From assembly GCA_951406725.2 (NCBI GenBank), contig OX597816.1:89218001-89282000 (forward strand): a stretch of DNA of 64,000 nucleotides, given 5' to 3'. Every line of letters begins with the position of its first letter. Position 1 is the stretch's first letter. The stretch comes from Octopus vulgaris. Lineage: Eukaryota. The translations under genes were made by a program, and so were the position numbers. Shown here in pieces: positions 25,317 through 38,599 of the stretch. Below the pieces are notes generated by a model that searched no databases, was not told where the DNA came from, and was given only the letters and a program-made list of their open reading frames with translations.

Positions 25317-27180
25317 TACGCACACACACACACTATATTAGGACATATTCGCATTAGTATAAGTGCGTGTGCATATGCAATTGCATATTTCAGTGGGATT
25401 CTTAGTTTCAAATATTTCACTCCATAATTCTTTACATATAAAATTATCTGCCTAATGATTTTAAGAAAAATAGCAGACATTTGAACTTGGCACCATTCGT
25501 CAACTCCAGTTTACAACGTATTTTTTTTTCTTTTGTTATTTGCATGTTTACCAAACGATAGCAATGGCATTTTTTAAATCTTTATTTTACCTGTCTTCTT
25601 TCCCAAAATTATCGCTTATTTCTCTCCCTCACTCACGCTCTCTCTCTCTCCTCCTCCTCCTCCTTTTGCACACACACAACGTTCTATCATTCATACTGCC
25701 TTTATTTCCTTTTCGTTTCTCCTCCCATTTATTCTAAATTCATTCCCTCTGCTAATCTTTCTAACTTTCAAGCTGCTCATTTAATTTTCTTTCGTCCCTT
25801 AAATCCCCTTTCACTCTATAAACATACGTTTCTGTGCCCCCTCAATTATTAATTTTCTTCTATTTTATCCCTATTTCTGTCTCCCATTGAATCTTTTCAT
25901 ATATTTGCTCCCTTCTTTCCTCTCTTTCACTCTATCTCCCTCTCATTCCTCGCCCTGTTTCTCTCTCATCCTCTGTTCTTCTTTCTCTCTTTCCTTCCCT
26001 CTCTTATTTCACCTTTCTATTCTCTTGATCAATCACTCACATTTTCTCTCGCGCTTTTTCTCATCTTTCTCTTTCCCTCTATCACCTTTCCATTTAAATT
26101 CTTACACCATGCCATTATTCACAACTAATAAAACGTATTATTCAAATACATTACAACCCTCACTCCAACCACCCTTCCTTGAAATATAAATAAATTATCT
26201 CCCAATGATTAGTTACTAACACTAAATAATAAAACCATTATTATCATCAGTATTTTAATCAAAAGCAACATCACCTGCAACGAACCGAATTCGAAACCTT
26301 CACAATATCACTCAACCTGCTACAAACAGCACTCGCCTTTTCCCCAGTTCACTTTTGGATAAGTGTACGTTTGAAAAATAAACCAGGGGGTTGTCACTGA
26401 TTAAACATCTTTGATTGTAGCTCTGCTTACTTAGAGCTGATTTGGAACTAAACATGAAGAACACTTATCATATGCTTATATTTCACCTGTTAACAAGGAC
26501 GCATCAAACGCAAACACCACACACTTAGGTATTGTACCAATATGCTACCCAGAGCTTGTCTAGTCATGTTTGTGGATGACTTAAACAGGTATACTTAAAA
26601 TGCTTACAAAACCAATAATAGACCTGATGTTTATGACGTTTTCAGCTGACATAGGAAAAGGAGTGTTCGTATTTGATTGCTGAACATTGAAAATGAGTTT
26701 CCTAAATACAGAACTTGTGCACGTGAAGCTTTCTGTTTTCTGTTTCAAGCCAAGAATACTACAAATATCATTACCTAGGCAGTGATGAAAATATATCATA
26801 CGAAGATTTTTATGAACAAATTTAGTGACCCGAAAATTTTACACGTGACTTAGGAAAATATGATAATAATAGATACATGTCCCTAGATGTGTGTATATTT
26901 GGGAATACATGTGTATGAATGCTTCGAGGTCTGATGTGTCTATACACATTGATGTGTTCTGCTGGTATGGTACTTACAGCTAGCTAAGAGCGTTGACTGT
27001 GCTTATTTACCATTTTGTTCTTTATTCTTTCATTTCATATTCATTCACTTCATATATGCGTGTATGCATCGTTGTGCAAGTATGCATAGACGGAGATATG
27101 TATATACGTATATAAGTATAAGTATAATAGGTATACAATATATATGCATATATTTATTCTATTAATATATTTAAACATGT

Positions 27181-27265
<85 letters not shown>

Positions 27266-27274
27266 TAGATAGAC

Positions 27275-27369
<95 letters not shown>
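27181..27369. repeat. (GATA)n microsatellite with GACA variants
   Basis: Direct reading. Confidence 0.97.
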
Positions 27370-28082
27370 CAACTACTTCTATAAATATATAATCCCATAT
27401 CATTTTATGCAAATATATATCTACGCACATAGAAAATCCTAAAATCATATAGTGCTTAGAAATTCTAACATAAAAATAAAACGTGGATTCAGCTGTAATA
27501 TTCAGCGGGTGGTACGTGATGTACTTTCATAATTGGACGTCTAATACACTTTAAAATAATCAGAGAATATTAAATTCTATAGTAGTAAAACTGATTATTA
27601 TTTTCTTACATTACGTTTTCTTGCTTTTTTGTTTCTGTTTTTCTCTGAGAAATTTATAACAATAATGCAGACATAGACGTCATCATAGACTATAACGTTA
27701 ATGACACATAGAAAAAATGGCAATGAGTAATGTTTTAACTACTTATAATATCATAAAACTGGTTAATGGAAACTCTAATATACGTTTAAGAGCATAAATC
27801 AAAGTACATTTTTGTATAGAAAGCGGCTGTCTTTTAAAATTCTTGATGACTCTGAAATATTATTCTTCCTTTAATTTTATGTCTGTGTGATATTTTTTTC
27901 TCTTTTCGTGTGTAGTATTACGGTTTATTAACTTTCGATGTATTAATCTCCGTGTCACATTTTACTCCCATCGTAACTGAAGAGAATATCAGTACTTCAC
28001 TTTACTAGCATACATCCTACCAACAGTAATTATCCTTTAGTGAACCACTTTCTGTGTGTGTCTGTGTGTGTGTGTGTGTGTT

Positions 28083-28149
<67 letters not shown>

Positions 28150-28155
28150 ATGCAT

Positions 28156-28295
28156 TCCTGGGTATGACCTTAAACTGCATCCGTTCGTGGGTAATTTCAG
28201 GCTCTTGAAGAGTGCTGAACCACCTCTTAGTTACTGTTGCTTCCAGGTCTACTCTGACCCTGAGTGTTAGCACCTATCAAGGACTCAGCTATATG
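28156..28295 (+). mobile_element. Decayed SINE-like dispersed repeat
   Basis: CCTGGGTATGACCTTAAACTGCATC...CCAGGTCTACTCTGACCC resembles a molluscan interspersed repeat (recall only). Confidence 0.35.
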
Positions 28296-29239
28296 TTAAC
28301 TAGCATATATATGATGTTCCATGTGAGTAAAAGGACGCAGAAATATCTTTGGTTGTTATCAGGGAACTCAGTAAAACCAGTGGGTGTTATGGACCACTGC
28401 CTGTTATACAGGGTCCTTCCAGAATAACATTGTAAAGTAAACATGCGGTTTCACGAGATTACTGGTCATCCCACTTCGGCCAGCTACGATGTGTAAATCA
28501 CAGAGACTTAGTGAGGGGTATTTGTATTGTACAAGCATTTATCACAATAACCCAATGACGCCCAGATGGCTTTATGGTGACCTCATTTGACATTCCATGT
28601 ACTGAATGTCCTACGGCGATACAAGACCTAACCAATTAGTTGGATATCTTATTGCGATGCAGACCTAACCAATTAGTTGGAAGTACACAGCAAGTTATAA
28701 TATTTTTCTACCTATGCTTCAGACCATTCTGATCTGCAACATTACAGAATAGTTATCAGACAGGTTACGGATGGAATGTCAGAAATGTCATTGACAACGA
28801 GGATGCACAAGGAGATGACAATCATCAGTGAAGATTGAGCAGAATCATATACATACATATATATATATATAATTAGCGAAAGAAGAAATAGTAATACAAA
28901 AAGATAATATTTATCCCCACTTAAGAGTGGTTGTTTTGTTAGAAGACAGAATATTGTGTTAGTTACCATGAGAGACACTCTCAAATTGGCTTTCGGTGCC
29001 TAAACGCACTGTGGTTTATTCGCTAGCGGTGAGATGAAACACTCGCCACTGGTACCCAGTATGAAAGTTTTCTATCATGGTAACTACCACTGTATAGTGT
29101 GTTCAAACAGAATATCCATTTTTAGGTGGGAATCAATGTATATATATGTGTATGTGTGTGAGTGTGTGTAAACGTATGTATGTATGTGTTTACGTATGCA
29201 CACACACACACACACACATATATACATATATTTATATAT

Positions 29240-29441
29240 GCGTGTGTCTGTGTCCCCACCACCACTTGGCAATCAGTGTAGATATACTTAGGTTCCCGTA
29301 ACTTAGCGCTAAGTAAATGAAACCGATAGATTAAGAACAAACTTTTACAAAAAAATAAGTACTACGGTCAATTTGTTTGACTGAAATTCTTCAAGACGTT
29401 ACGCCAACATGGCTGCAGTTTAATGACTTAAGCAAATAAAA
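29240..29441 (+). mobile_element. SINE family C, 3' half
   Basis: CCCGTAACTTAGCG, ACCGATAGA and CAACATGGCTGCAG. Confidence 0.7.
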
Positions 29442-29544
29442 GTTTTAAAATAAATGATATAATTGGAGGATAGTTCTATAACTAGTTCATTGTATACACT
29501 TATTGATACATCTATAAATATACCTTATTCCTGATATCAATAAT

Positions 29545-29668
29545 CCTTTTGGGTGAGGGAGCAAGTCGATTAAGTCGACCCCAGTGTGTAACTGGTACTT
29601 ATTTCACGGACCCTGAAACGATGAACGGCAAAGTCGACCTCGGCGGAAGTTGAACTCAGAATGTAGGT
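29545..29668 (-). mobile_element. SINE family A, partial
   Basis: AACTGGTACTTATT and GGCAAAGTCGACCTCGGCGGAAGTTGAACTCAGAA. Confidence 0.85.
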
Positions 29669-29859
29669 GCTAACGTTTCTGCCTGTGAATAATGTAGGCA
29701 AACCAAGACTGCATGCGTTACTCGGACTCCGCTGAACGTTAATAGAATGCAGAAAACTCCAAACTGCAACGCCCATCTTCTTACCTTCGTCCGTTATCAT
29801 TTGGAGCAAATAAATAAACCAAATTGATTTTAGTGTACAATCCAGAATATATTCTTCTG

Positions 29860-30173
29860 GTGGAGGCGCAATGGTCCAGTGGTTAGGGCAGCGGGCTCGC
29901 GGTCGGAGGATCGCGGTTTCGATTCCCAGACCGGGCGTTGTGTGTGTTTATTGAGCGAAAACCTAAAGCTCCATGAGGCTCCGGCTGGGGATGGTGGCGA
30001 CCCCTGTTGTACTCTTTCGCCCCAACTTTCTCTCACTCTTTCTTCCTGTTTCTTGGGTACCGATGCGATGGACTGGTGTCCCGTCCAGCTGGGAGGGAAC
30101 ACATATGCCACAGAAACCAGGAAACCGGGCCCATGAGCCTGGCTAGGCTTGAAAAGGGCGCATAAAATAAATA
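29860..30173 (+). mobile_element. SINE family B, full length with 14-bp TSD
   Basis: tRNA-like head GGAGGCGCAATGGTCCAGTGGTTAGG...GGTTTCGATTCCC. The TSD AATATATTCTTCTG occurs at 29846-29859 and 30174-30187. Confidence 0.95.
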
Positions 30174-31084
30174 AATATATTCTTCTGACGAATAAGCTGC
30201 GTTTTCATTGGTGAGACGTGTATCAGTAAAATCCTCGATAAAACATGTACTGCGGAATGGTAAGCATAAACTACATTTAAAAGAAAATCATATTGACTCC
30301 TCAATAGTCAAGAAACATGTAAAATATTTAAGCATCCATGTTTTGCCACAATTTTATATATCACAGGTGTAAATATGTAAGCTAAAATCTCCATATAATC
30401 TCTATATTCACTATACCGGCGACAGTCTCAGTGACATTAATTGTATTGGAATGATGGAATATTTCGCAGCATATTCATGTAGATATAGACGTCACAAAGT
30501 ATTAGAATTAAATGATGACAATGAAGGTGTTACTGCTTCCCTCTTTAATTTTGACGTATTATGAATATAAAATATTAAGAATATGAAGAATGGTGAGATA
30601 ATACATAAACATTTCAATGAATAAAACGATCGGGGATTTTCTTTCTCTGTTTGATACATAACGATTAGCAATATTATAAGGAAAATATTTTATTCACTGA
30701 TTTATAACTGAATTCTATAAAATTTGCCTTTTATACAGTTAAAATACATACCCACAAACAACTGCGTCTGTTTAAATGTATGACTATTAAACATTATTAT
30801 ATAATATTTGCGTGTGTATAGAAATATCTGAAAGACCTAGAGAGAACTAAAGCACGGTAAGATCTCAAATTTCTCTTCCCGGTACTGTATTGTGTTAGCT
30901 TTTTTTCCTTGGGGTGTGGTGCTGTCTTTTGTTGTGTCACTGCTTGTATTGTGAGTTAAGTATGTAATGCTTTATTTATATTTTAATTTTTATTGTAATT
31001 TTTTTGGCGGGGGGGATTGCTGGTGAGAGTTTATTTCACTGGATAAGTGCTGTATAGAGTATTTTGAATTTGTGGCTTGTTTTG

Positions 31085-31325
31085 TTTAGGTTGTATTATT
31101 GAACTGATAGCGTCTTACGTAGGATCTGGGCTGTTCGTAGCAGTGTGTAGTGTTGAAGATCCAAGTATAGCTTCTAAATTTTTACCTTCATGCCCCACAT
31201 TTTGAATACTTCAATTTCAAGGTCTTTGTACTTCGACAATTTCTCCGCTTCCCTTTCGACAATATTTTGGTCAGATGGGAATGCAATGTCTATCAGTAAG
31301 CAGGTGTTTTTTCTCCAATTAGTAT
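31085..31325 (-). mobile_element. R4/Dong-like LINE restriction-like endonuclease (RLE) fragment
   Basis: CLLIDIAFPSDQNIVEREAEKLSKYKDLEIEVFKMW followed by LRTAQILRKTLS. Confidence 0.85.
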
Positions 31326-31327
31326 TA

Positions 31328-31494
31328 AGGCAGCGAGCAAGCAGTATATTTATCACGCCAGGCGAAATTTTTAGCGATATTTCCTCTGCCGCTACGTTCT
31401 GAGTTCAAATTCCGCCGAGGTCGACTTTGCCTTTCATCGTAATCGATTTAGACCCTTCCCCAAAATTTGAGGCCTTGTGCTTCTAGTAGAACGG

Positions 31495-31587
<93 letters not shown>
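31328..31587 (+). mobile_element. SINE family A with expanded (ATT)n tail
   Basis: CGTTCTGAGTTCAAATTCCGCCGAGGTCGACTTTGCCTTTCATC. The (ATT)n tail spans 31496-31587. Confidence 0.9.
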
Positions 31588-31791
31588 TGCAAGATCCAAT
31601 TGAATCTGTAACTGGAAGAACACTACAGAAGAGCAGAATGGATGCTACAAAGACACAAAACGAGTATGTTGAAACATAGGGTACCACCATTAAAAACATG
31701 CATTCTTACTAAATAACAACGAATCTTGCCGATTCAGACAGTAGAAAAAATTATATAAAGTATGCCATTCCACCATTAGAAATGGAATATT

Positions 31792-32005
31792 GCTTCCTAA
31801 TTTTGGCACAACGCTGGCAGTTTTGGGGTAGGGGTAAATCAATAACATCGACCCCTGTACTCAACTGCTACTTATTTTATCTACCTCGAAAGGATTAAAG
31901 CTGAAGTCGGCCTCGGTGGCATTTGAACTCAGGACGTAAAGACGGACAAAATGCCGCTAAGCATTTTCCAGGCGTACTAACGATTCTGTCAGCGCGTTGT
32001 CTTAA
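31792..32005 (-). mobile_element. SINE family A with 17-bp TSD
   Basis: Family A reverse complement. TSD ATTAGAAATGGAATATT (31775-31791) and ATTAGAAATAGAATATT (32006-32022). Confidence 0.88.
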
Positions 32006-32409
32006 ATTAGAAATAGAATATTACAAGGGGGTTTCATCTTTACGTTGCATGTCTGCCTTTAACCGGCACGTTACTCATGACCGGATCTAGATAGAAATGC
32101 TCTTGTAGAACAGTCAAGTGTCGTATAAATAAATATGAATCCCATTAAGCAGCATACTGAAAGTGACAAACATTCGTAAAGACAGTGTCTAAATTTATTA
32201 AAGGAATTTATTAAAGAAAGATTAGAATTTAAATGATAAGATATGCAAAAAAAAACTTGACGAAAGGAAAATTAATTCGAAAACTAAAATTATGATAAGC
32301 TGAGAGGTGAGAGTTACCAAAAATACAGACAAAAGTCAATTGGAGCCATTGAATAGACAGTATACTACACAAATAGAAAAAATATTTTAGAACGAATATT
32401 ATTGGCATA

Positions 32410-32545
32410 TACGAGTGGTGCTGAAAAATTCAAGGCTTTGGATAAAAGAAAATACAGGAAGATTAGTTAATTAGGATTTTATCCAACATACTCCCCTCTC
32501 CGATTCACACACTTATTGCAGCTATCCTTCAGTTTTCGCGACACC
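32410..32545 (-). mobile_element. Mariner 3' end (TIR plus transposase C-terminus)
   Basis: A TA-CGAGTGGTGCTGAAAAATT TIR. The minus strand encodes KLKDSCNKCVNRRGEYVG* (compare RWxKCVxxxGxYVE). Confidence 0.7.
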
Positions 32546-33407
32546 CTTAAAACCAAGATCTTTTCAGTAACCCTTATTAATGTTTAAACACGGCGAAATG
32601 CAAAATGTAGGATAATAGTGTCAATATATTGGTTAACCAAAGGGTACGTTATAGTTACGTTTATAATTTGCAGCCTAACAATCCAGCAAGTCTGGTCAGA
32701 ATTACAGGAAAAAAATCATTGCATTTAGAATAGAGCAACCGAAATCTGACAAAGAAAGAAAATATTTAAACTGACTACGAATTCATTAGTCTTTCTGCAA
32801 CTAGAAAGCCACTTTAAATATCTACTGTTGGACTACAAATATATATAATATATAATATATATTAATCACGACTATAAGATACCCGAATTTGGTTAAACTG
32901 CACCGCAAAATGTGGGAGGAGTTAGGAATCTAAATCGTAGGAGACAGACACTCACACGACTACAGTTTTATATATATAGATATAATATATATAATATATA
33001 ATACGTTTAGAAAAATCTAATATAGTAGTGATAAATACAATTAAAACAAAGCACAGTTTTCTGTTTTCAAGAAAGCCAACAAACACAAAAACAGTGACGT
33101 AATTTGATAAAAAGTTATGAGAAGGAGAGAGAAGCACAGTAGAAATTGTAAAAATGTTGGAAACAGCTCAAACAGTGGTTACAGTATTACATGCTAAAAT
33201 CTATAGAAGCAAAAGCCCTACGTGGTCAGTAAAGCTAATATGCTGGAAATAGATAAAGAAAATTGGCAACAAGTTGTGAAGTGCCAGTCTCAAAGTTAAG
33301 ATTGAAGGATTCTTGATCGCTGTACACAAACTTCCTCAGAGTAGAAACCATACAAAGTGGAATACATTACGTAACAGCTGCACTGAATTCCGAGCTAAAT
33401 TAATAAT

Positions 33408-33604
33408 GGTTTCCAATGTTGGCACAGGAGCAGCACTTTTTGAGGGGAGGGGGAAGTTAGGTAGTACTAATTTTTTATCGACTCGGAAAGGCTAAAAGGC
33501 AAAGTTGACCTGGACTGAACGAGATTTTAGCTCGGAACGAAAAGACAGAAGAAAGGCCGCTAAGCATTCTGCCCATGCTAATGACTCTGCTGGCTTACCA
33601 GCCT
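33408..33604 (-). mobile_element. SINE family A with perfect 17-bp TSD
   Basis: GAGCTAAATTAATAATG at 33392-33408 and 33605-33621. Confidence 0.85.
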
Positions 33605-33655
33605 GAGCTAAATTAATAATGACAAGAAAGATGCTAAATGAAGATGATTATGATA

Positions 33656-33656
<1 letters not shown>

Positions 33657-33717
<61 letters not shown>

Positions 33718-33976
33718 AACGACGACTATGACGACGGAGCCGGTGGCGGCGGCAGCGACTTAAGATAAGAGGAAGAAGTGGAAGAGGGGTAGAAAGGAGG
33801 GAGGGAGAAGTAAAGCTGGGGTAGAAGTTGTAAAAGATGACAGTGACCAACCCAAGCAAGAGTAGAAGTAGGAGGAAGAGAAAGAGGAAAAGAAACGAGA
33901 GGAGGAGAAGAAGAAGAAGAAGAAGAAGAAGAAGAAGAAGAAGAAGAAGAAGAAGAAGAAGAAGAAGAAGAAGAAG
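33657..33976. repeat. (GAT)n, purine-rich tract and (GAA)n microsatellites
   Basis: Direct reading. Confidence 0.9.
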
Positions 33977-36900
33977 CAGTTAACCTGCCCACGCCAAGAA
34001 AGAATACATTTACAGTTGCGACACGTTTACCGGTAATTATGTCGCTATTATGATCTAACAACGGAAAACTCATAGTACAAACGTACACCAGATAAAGGTG
34101 TGGAAGAATGAATGTCAAAGCGACTGCATTCTGGAAATACCAGCGAAAGCAAATAGATAATTGAGGCCTGATCTGCCGCATTATTTTCACAGGGACTACA
34201 GGAAATGACTGTATCAGTTTCAATATATAATGATGTATCATTCAAAAGCACTAAGGAATTACCTAGACATACAGATAATCAGAATTCGGGGAATAAAATC
34301 AGAAACAACAATGCTAGAATACATACGATCAATAAAAATTACAAAAAATTACAAGTTTGCCAAAGAAACACCATTAACCACATACTATAGAAAACATTGC
34401 ATCATTCTAACGTTCACCACTCTGCACTGAAAGTATGCAATAAAATTAAGAATATTAAATGATAATTGTTTCAAATTTTTACAAAATTTTACAATTTTTT
34501 TTAAATGGCGGTGCCCCAGCATGGCCACAGCTCGTGAGCTGAAACTAGATGAAATTAAACAAATAAAAAAATACCAGCAATATTTTACTTGATTGCACTT
34601 ATTTCATTGACACCGAAATATTGAAAGGCAAAGTCAACCCACTAGAAAATATTTCAAAAGGAAAATTAGGCTGGAATAGAATTTGATATCTTGATTCTGA
34701 TGTGATCTGAGACATTGGACATGATTCTTGACGTAATAGAGATGCAATAATGGCAACAAAGTTGCTAGTGGAGTGTGGATGACAGAATTGTGGCAACACC
34801 TATCTGTTAAAGGTCTTCTGTCCCCAATAACAATAGAATGTGTCATGTGAAAGAAGGCCTTCATTCATCAACTGCAACATCTACAGCAACGACAACACCA
34901 ACAACAGCGTGTAACCGCAGCAGCAGTCTAGTGGATGTATCATAAGCTATAATAATAGACGCAGTCGCTAATACAATGACAAAAATACAAAATGCAAAAT
35001 AAAACAATGACAAATAATAGTGGAAGCAACTAAGGTAAAAACAATAAAAGAAGTACTGCTCCGAAGGTCACACATCAGTGACACCAGTGACAATAACAGT
35101 AATAGAAAACCAAAATAAATCAACAAAATATGAACAACAGAACAAAACTACACCCCATCTTCCAAGACACGACTGTATCCACTTCTGTGCATTCAGACAT
35201 GTTGTATAGCAGATGTAATGATGAAGAAATTAAATGGCAAGAAAGAAAAACAAAAGAAAAAAACATGCCCCCTAAAATGAGGCTAAGAAGTTCGAGAGAA
35301 GAGGAGAGATGTAAATGAATACCGATACACCAACACTATGTCCAATAAAACCAATACTATTAATCCCATCTTATTCATCATCCCAATCGTGATTACATCT
35401 GCTATTCCACAACAATAATGTAAATGGTCCTCTTTTTTTTTTCTTATTCAGAATAAGAAGTAAAAATTCATATGAATAGAGATCGCTATGGACGCACGAC
35501 CAATTGCAGAGAGACTTCACGTCACTAGATATAGATGAGCCGGCCATCAGGGAGACCTGTATTTCCGAGGTACCAGCCATCACACCCACTTTCAGTTACT
35601 ACTAGGTGCACACGCTCCCATGTCAGCTACCTTCAGGAGATGGAGACGCTGTGTTGTTTCGAAAATATCAGTGCTTATCCATGTACCTATGTGCAGTTAG
35701 GCATCTGGAGAAGCAAGTCCAGGCGGTCCAACAGAGTCATGGTTGGACGGATCAGTGACATTGTTCGGTGTTTAGTTCGGTGTCTCTTCCTAGTTGAGAT
35801 GAACTGGGTAGAGATGACAAGCAGGGTAGCCAGTCTCCTCAGAAATGGGTCAAGAGGAAACTATTCCAGAAGGATGGAGCAGAGGTGGTGAATTCTTACA
35901 ATGCCTTCAACTATTACCACCTTAAATCACGTCTTATCAGACTAAAGCATTTAGGTTTTAGCCTTTTGTAGAAGAAACATGATCTACTGGTCACACATTC
36001 GACCTGAGGATAGAATATATCGTGGTTAGTGATGTGCAGACATGCACTGAAGTTACAACGGCAAAAGAATGATATTCCACAGCTTGTCTGTTTCACGGAG
36101 TTATAGTCCTAAAAAAGAGAAGTCCGAGACAAGGCGCTTAACACCAATTAGGCAATACACCAAAATTCCACATTGTCGTTCTATACAGAATTAGTGGCTG
36201 AAAAAACTGATAACGTTTTCAGGGAAACTCAGGACATGATGAAAATCCACCGGCTGATCTCTTCTGGAGAACTTTCAATCTGTGACCCGTGAATAATTTC
36301 GAGTAATCTCTGGTCAAACAAGCGAGATTGGGGTTATTGCCAAGTTAGAGATGAACTTTACTTGAATGGAAATGTCCAAGATGCTCAGATATGGATGAAG
36401 CTCTTCTACATACACCTGGTGAGTGCTCGAGCATCAGTTGCTTGTAGAGTTAAGTCGAATAGTTGTTGCCACATAGGGACAGACCCAGCTATCATCGGAG
36501 TTCTTTGTGAAAATCGCTCCATCCTCTTACTTTGTCCAGGAAGAGTAGACCATTTTTATATTTCGGGTGGTCAATGGCAAAAGAGACTGTGTAGTGGACA
36601 AGATTGAAATGTTTGAAGGCAGACACTTTCCCCTTTAGGGAAAGCCTCATCAATTTTCTGCCTTCCAGAAAATTTGTTGAAAGTAGACCGGGAATGCTGA
36701 ATATAGTTTGAGTATACGGGCCTGGTTTGAGTATGCATTTTTGGAACTGGAGGAGGGCAGAATACACAGGGGGCGCTTGCTCCGATGGTCAGATTACCGC
36801 TCTTTCGTGGGTTTCCTCAGTTAAACAGATAAGTCTCCTCCAGTCGGGAAAATTGTCCTCATAAAAACTTTGTTTTTACTTTATACGTAAAAGCACGCTT

Positions 36901-37059
36901 AATCCCTTGAGGCTGATAAGAAACCATTTTTTTAACCTACACAAATCTGCTATTCGATTGTGAATTATTTCTGTCGTGAAAGAGATATTCCTCCAAAGGG
37001 GTTTTAAAGTATAATAAATAGAAAATTCAATTCTCTAACCAAATGAGAAATATTAAAAT

Positions 37060-37197
37060 ATTCTTCTTCTTCTTCTTCTTCTTCTTCTTCTTCTTCTTCT
37101 TCTTCTTCTTCTTCTTCTTCTTCTTCTTCTTCTTCTTCTTCTTCTTCTTCTTCTCCTTTGTCTTCTTTCAATAATGATAATAATAATAATAATAATA

Positions 37198-37250
<53 letters not shown>

Positions 37251-37257
37251 CATTATT
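37060..37257. repeat. (TTC)n followed by head-to-head (AAT)n(ATT)n
   Basis: Direct reading. Confidence 0.95.
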
Positions 37258-37807
37258 CCCAAAGGCAGCTTCATTAAGGAAGAAAAATTAGAGGAAATGC
37301 AACCTGGGCATTATGAGTCATGGAAAAATTCTCTCAGATCCATGCAACATGTATCATATTACGTGCCTCCGCATTTAAACCGGAAGGGGAAGAAACGCAA
37401 AATAATAATAATAATAAACAACAATCCAAAATGGTTAATTTTTAACAGATATTTTCATTTTCTTTTTAGGGATGCGATATTGATGGTGTTGTTGTATTCA
37501 GTGACAGAACGAATGAATGAATCATCATTCATTTAAATTCCTTCCTCTTGTGTTTTGGTAATCGTTATGGATGGTTGATAGTTTCACTTTTGTTGTTGTT
37601 GTCGAAGAGGATGGTGGGAATGTGTGTCTGTTGTCACTGTCATTAATTAGTCAGGACGAATAACTAATGCGTCATTGTAAACCACATTGGAAAGCTTAAT
37701 CCTACTGTCCATGATTGCTTGGACAAGACAACAAAAATAACATAGCGATATGACAGTAATATCGATTTATTAAAAATAATACTTTATTATTGTTGCTGCT
37801 GCTGCTG

Positions 37808-37870
<63 letters not shown>
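37808..37870. repeat. (CTA)n microsatellite
   Basis: Direct reading. Confidence 0.95.
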
Positions 37871-38296
37871 TTAGTACTGCTGTTGCTGCTGCAACTAATA
37901 CTCCTACTATAATGTTCTTAAATGCATTATTTTGAAATCGACCTTAATTGCAACTGGGTCAATTGAGTTGAGGATTTATGGTCGCAATTCATTCCATTCA
38001 GTGGAAGAGGACTTCACAATGCAATACTTTCTCCTACTTAACCTTTTGACAATTTAGGGAACGTTTTCGAATATGTTCACATATTTTAATGGATTTAGTA
38101 CAACATTTTGAATCAATTCTAAGATTAGATTTTGAAAATTAATAGAACGATATTTTGATAAAATGGCAGACTGGCTAGTTTAGTGCACATTGGATAAACA
38201 TTTCATTTCCTTCTATCGAAGGGACTTTTCTTTCTCGCAGTAAAATAATTTATTGCCGTTTGTGAATCTAGAAATATTGCTTAATATCGAAATAAA

Positions 38297-38491
38297 AGCG
38301 GCGAGCTGGCAGAAACGTTAGCACACCGGGCGAAATGCTTAGCAGTATTTTGTCTGTCTTTACGTTCTGAGTTCAAATTCCGCCTTCGGTATCGATAAGT
38401 TAAGTACCAGTTACGTACTGAGGTCGATCTAATCGACTGACTCCCTCCCCAAAAATTTCAGGCCTTGTGCCGAGAGTAAAACAAGAATATT
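38297..38491 (+). mobile_element. SINE family A with 10-bp TSD
   Basis: The head is nearly identical to the 13907 copy. TATCGAAATA occurs at 38285-38294 and 38492-38501. Confidence 0.9.
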
Positions 38492-38599
38492 TATCGAAAT
38501 AGAACATCAATATTTTTCTCGAAATATATTGTATATGTGTTTTTATCGTACTGTCATGTTATGTCACTTATGTTTACATTATATTTAAATGGCTTGTTC

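Noticed and set aside
28625-28681. 21-bp direct repeat AGACCTAACCAATTAGTTGGA with a 15-bp spacer (CRISPR-like look)
   Set aside because: Only two copies, a eukaryotic context and no cas genes. It is a simple local duplication.
29862-29935. tRNA gene
   Set aside because: The A/B boxes belong to a SINE head that continues into a core and tail with a TSD. I could not find a proper acceptor stem.
36795-36825. Minus-strand CTGAGGA...GAAA hammerhead-like core
   Set aside because: Stem II cannot pair and there is no stem I.
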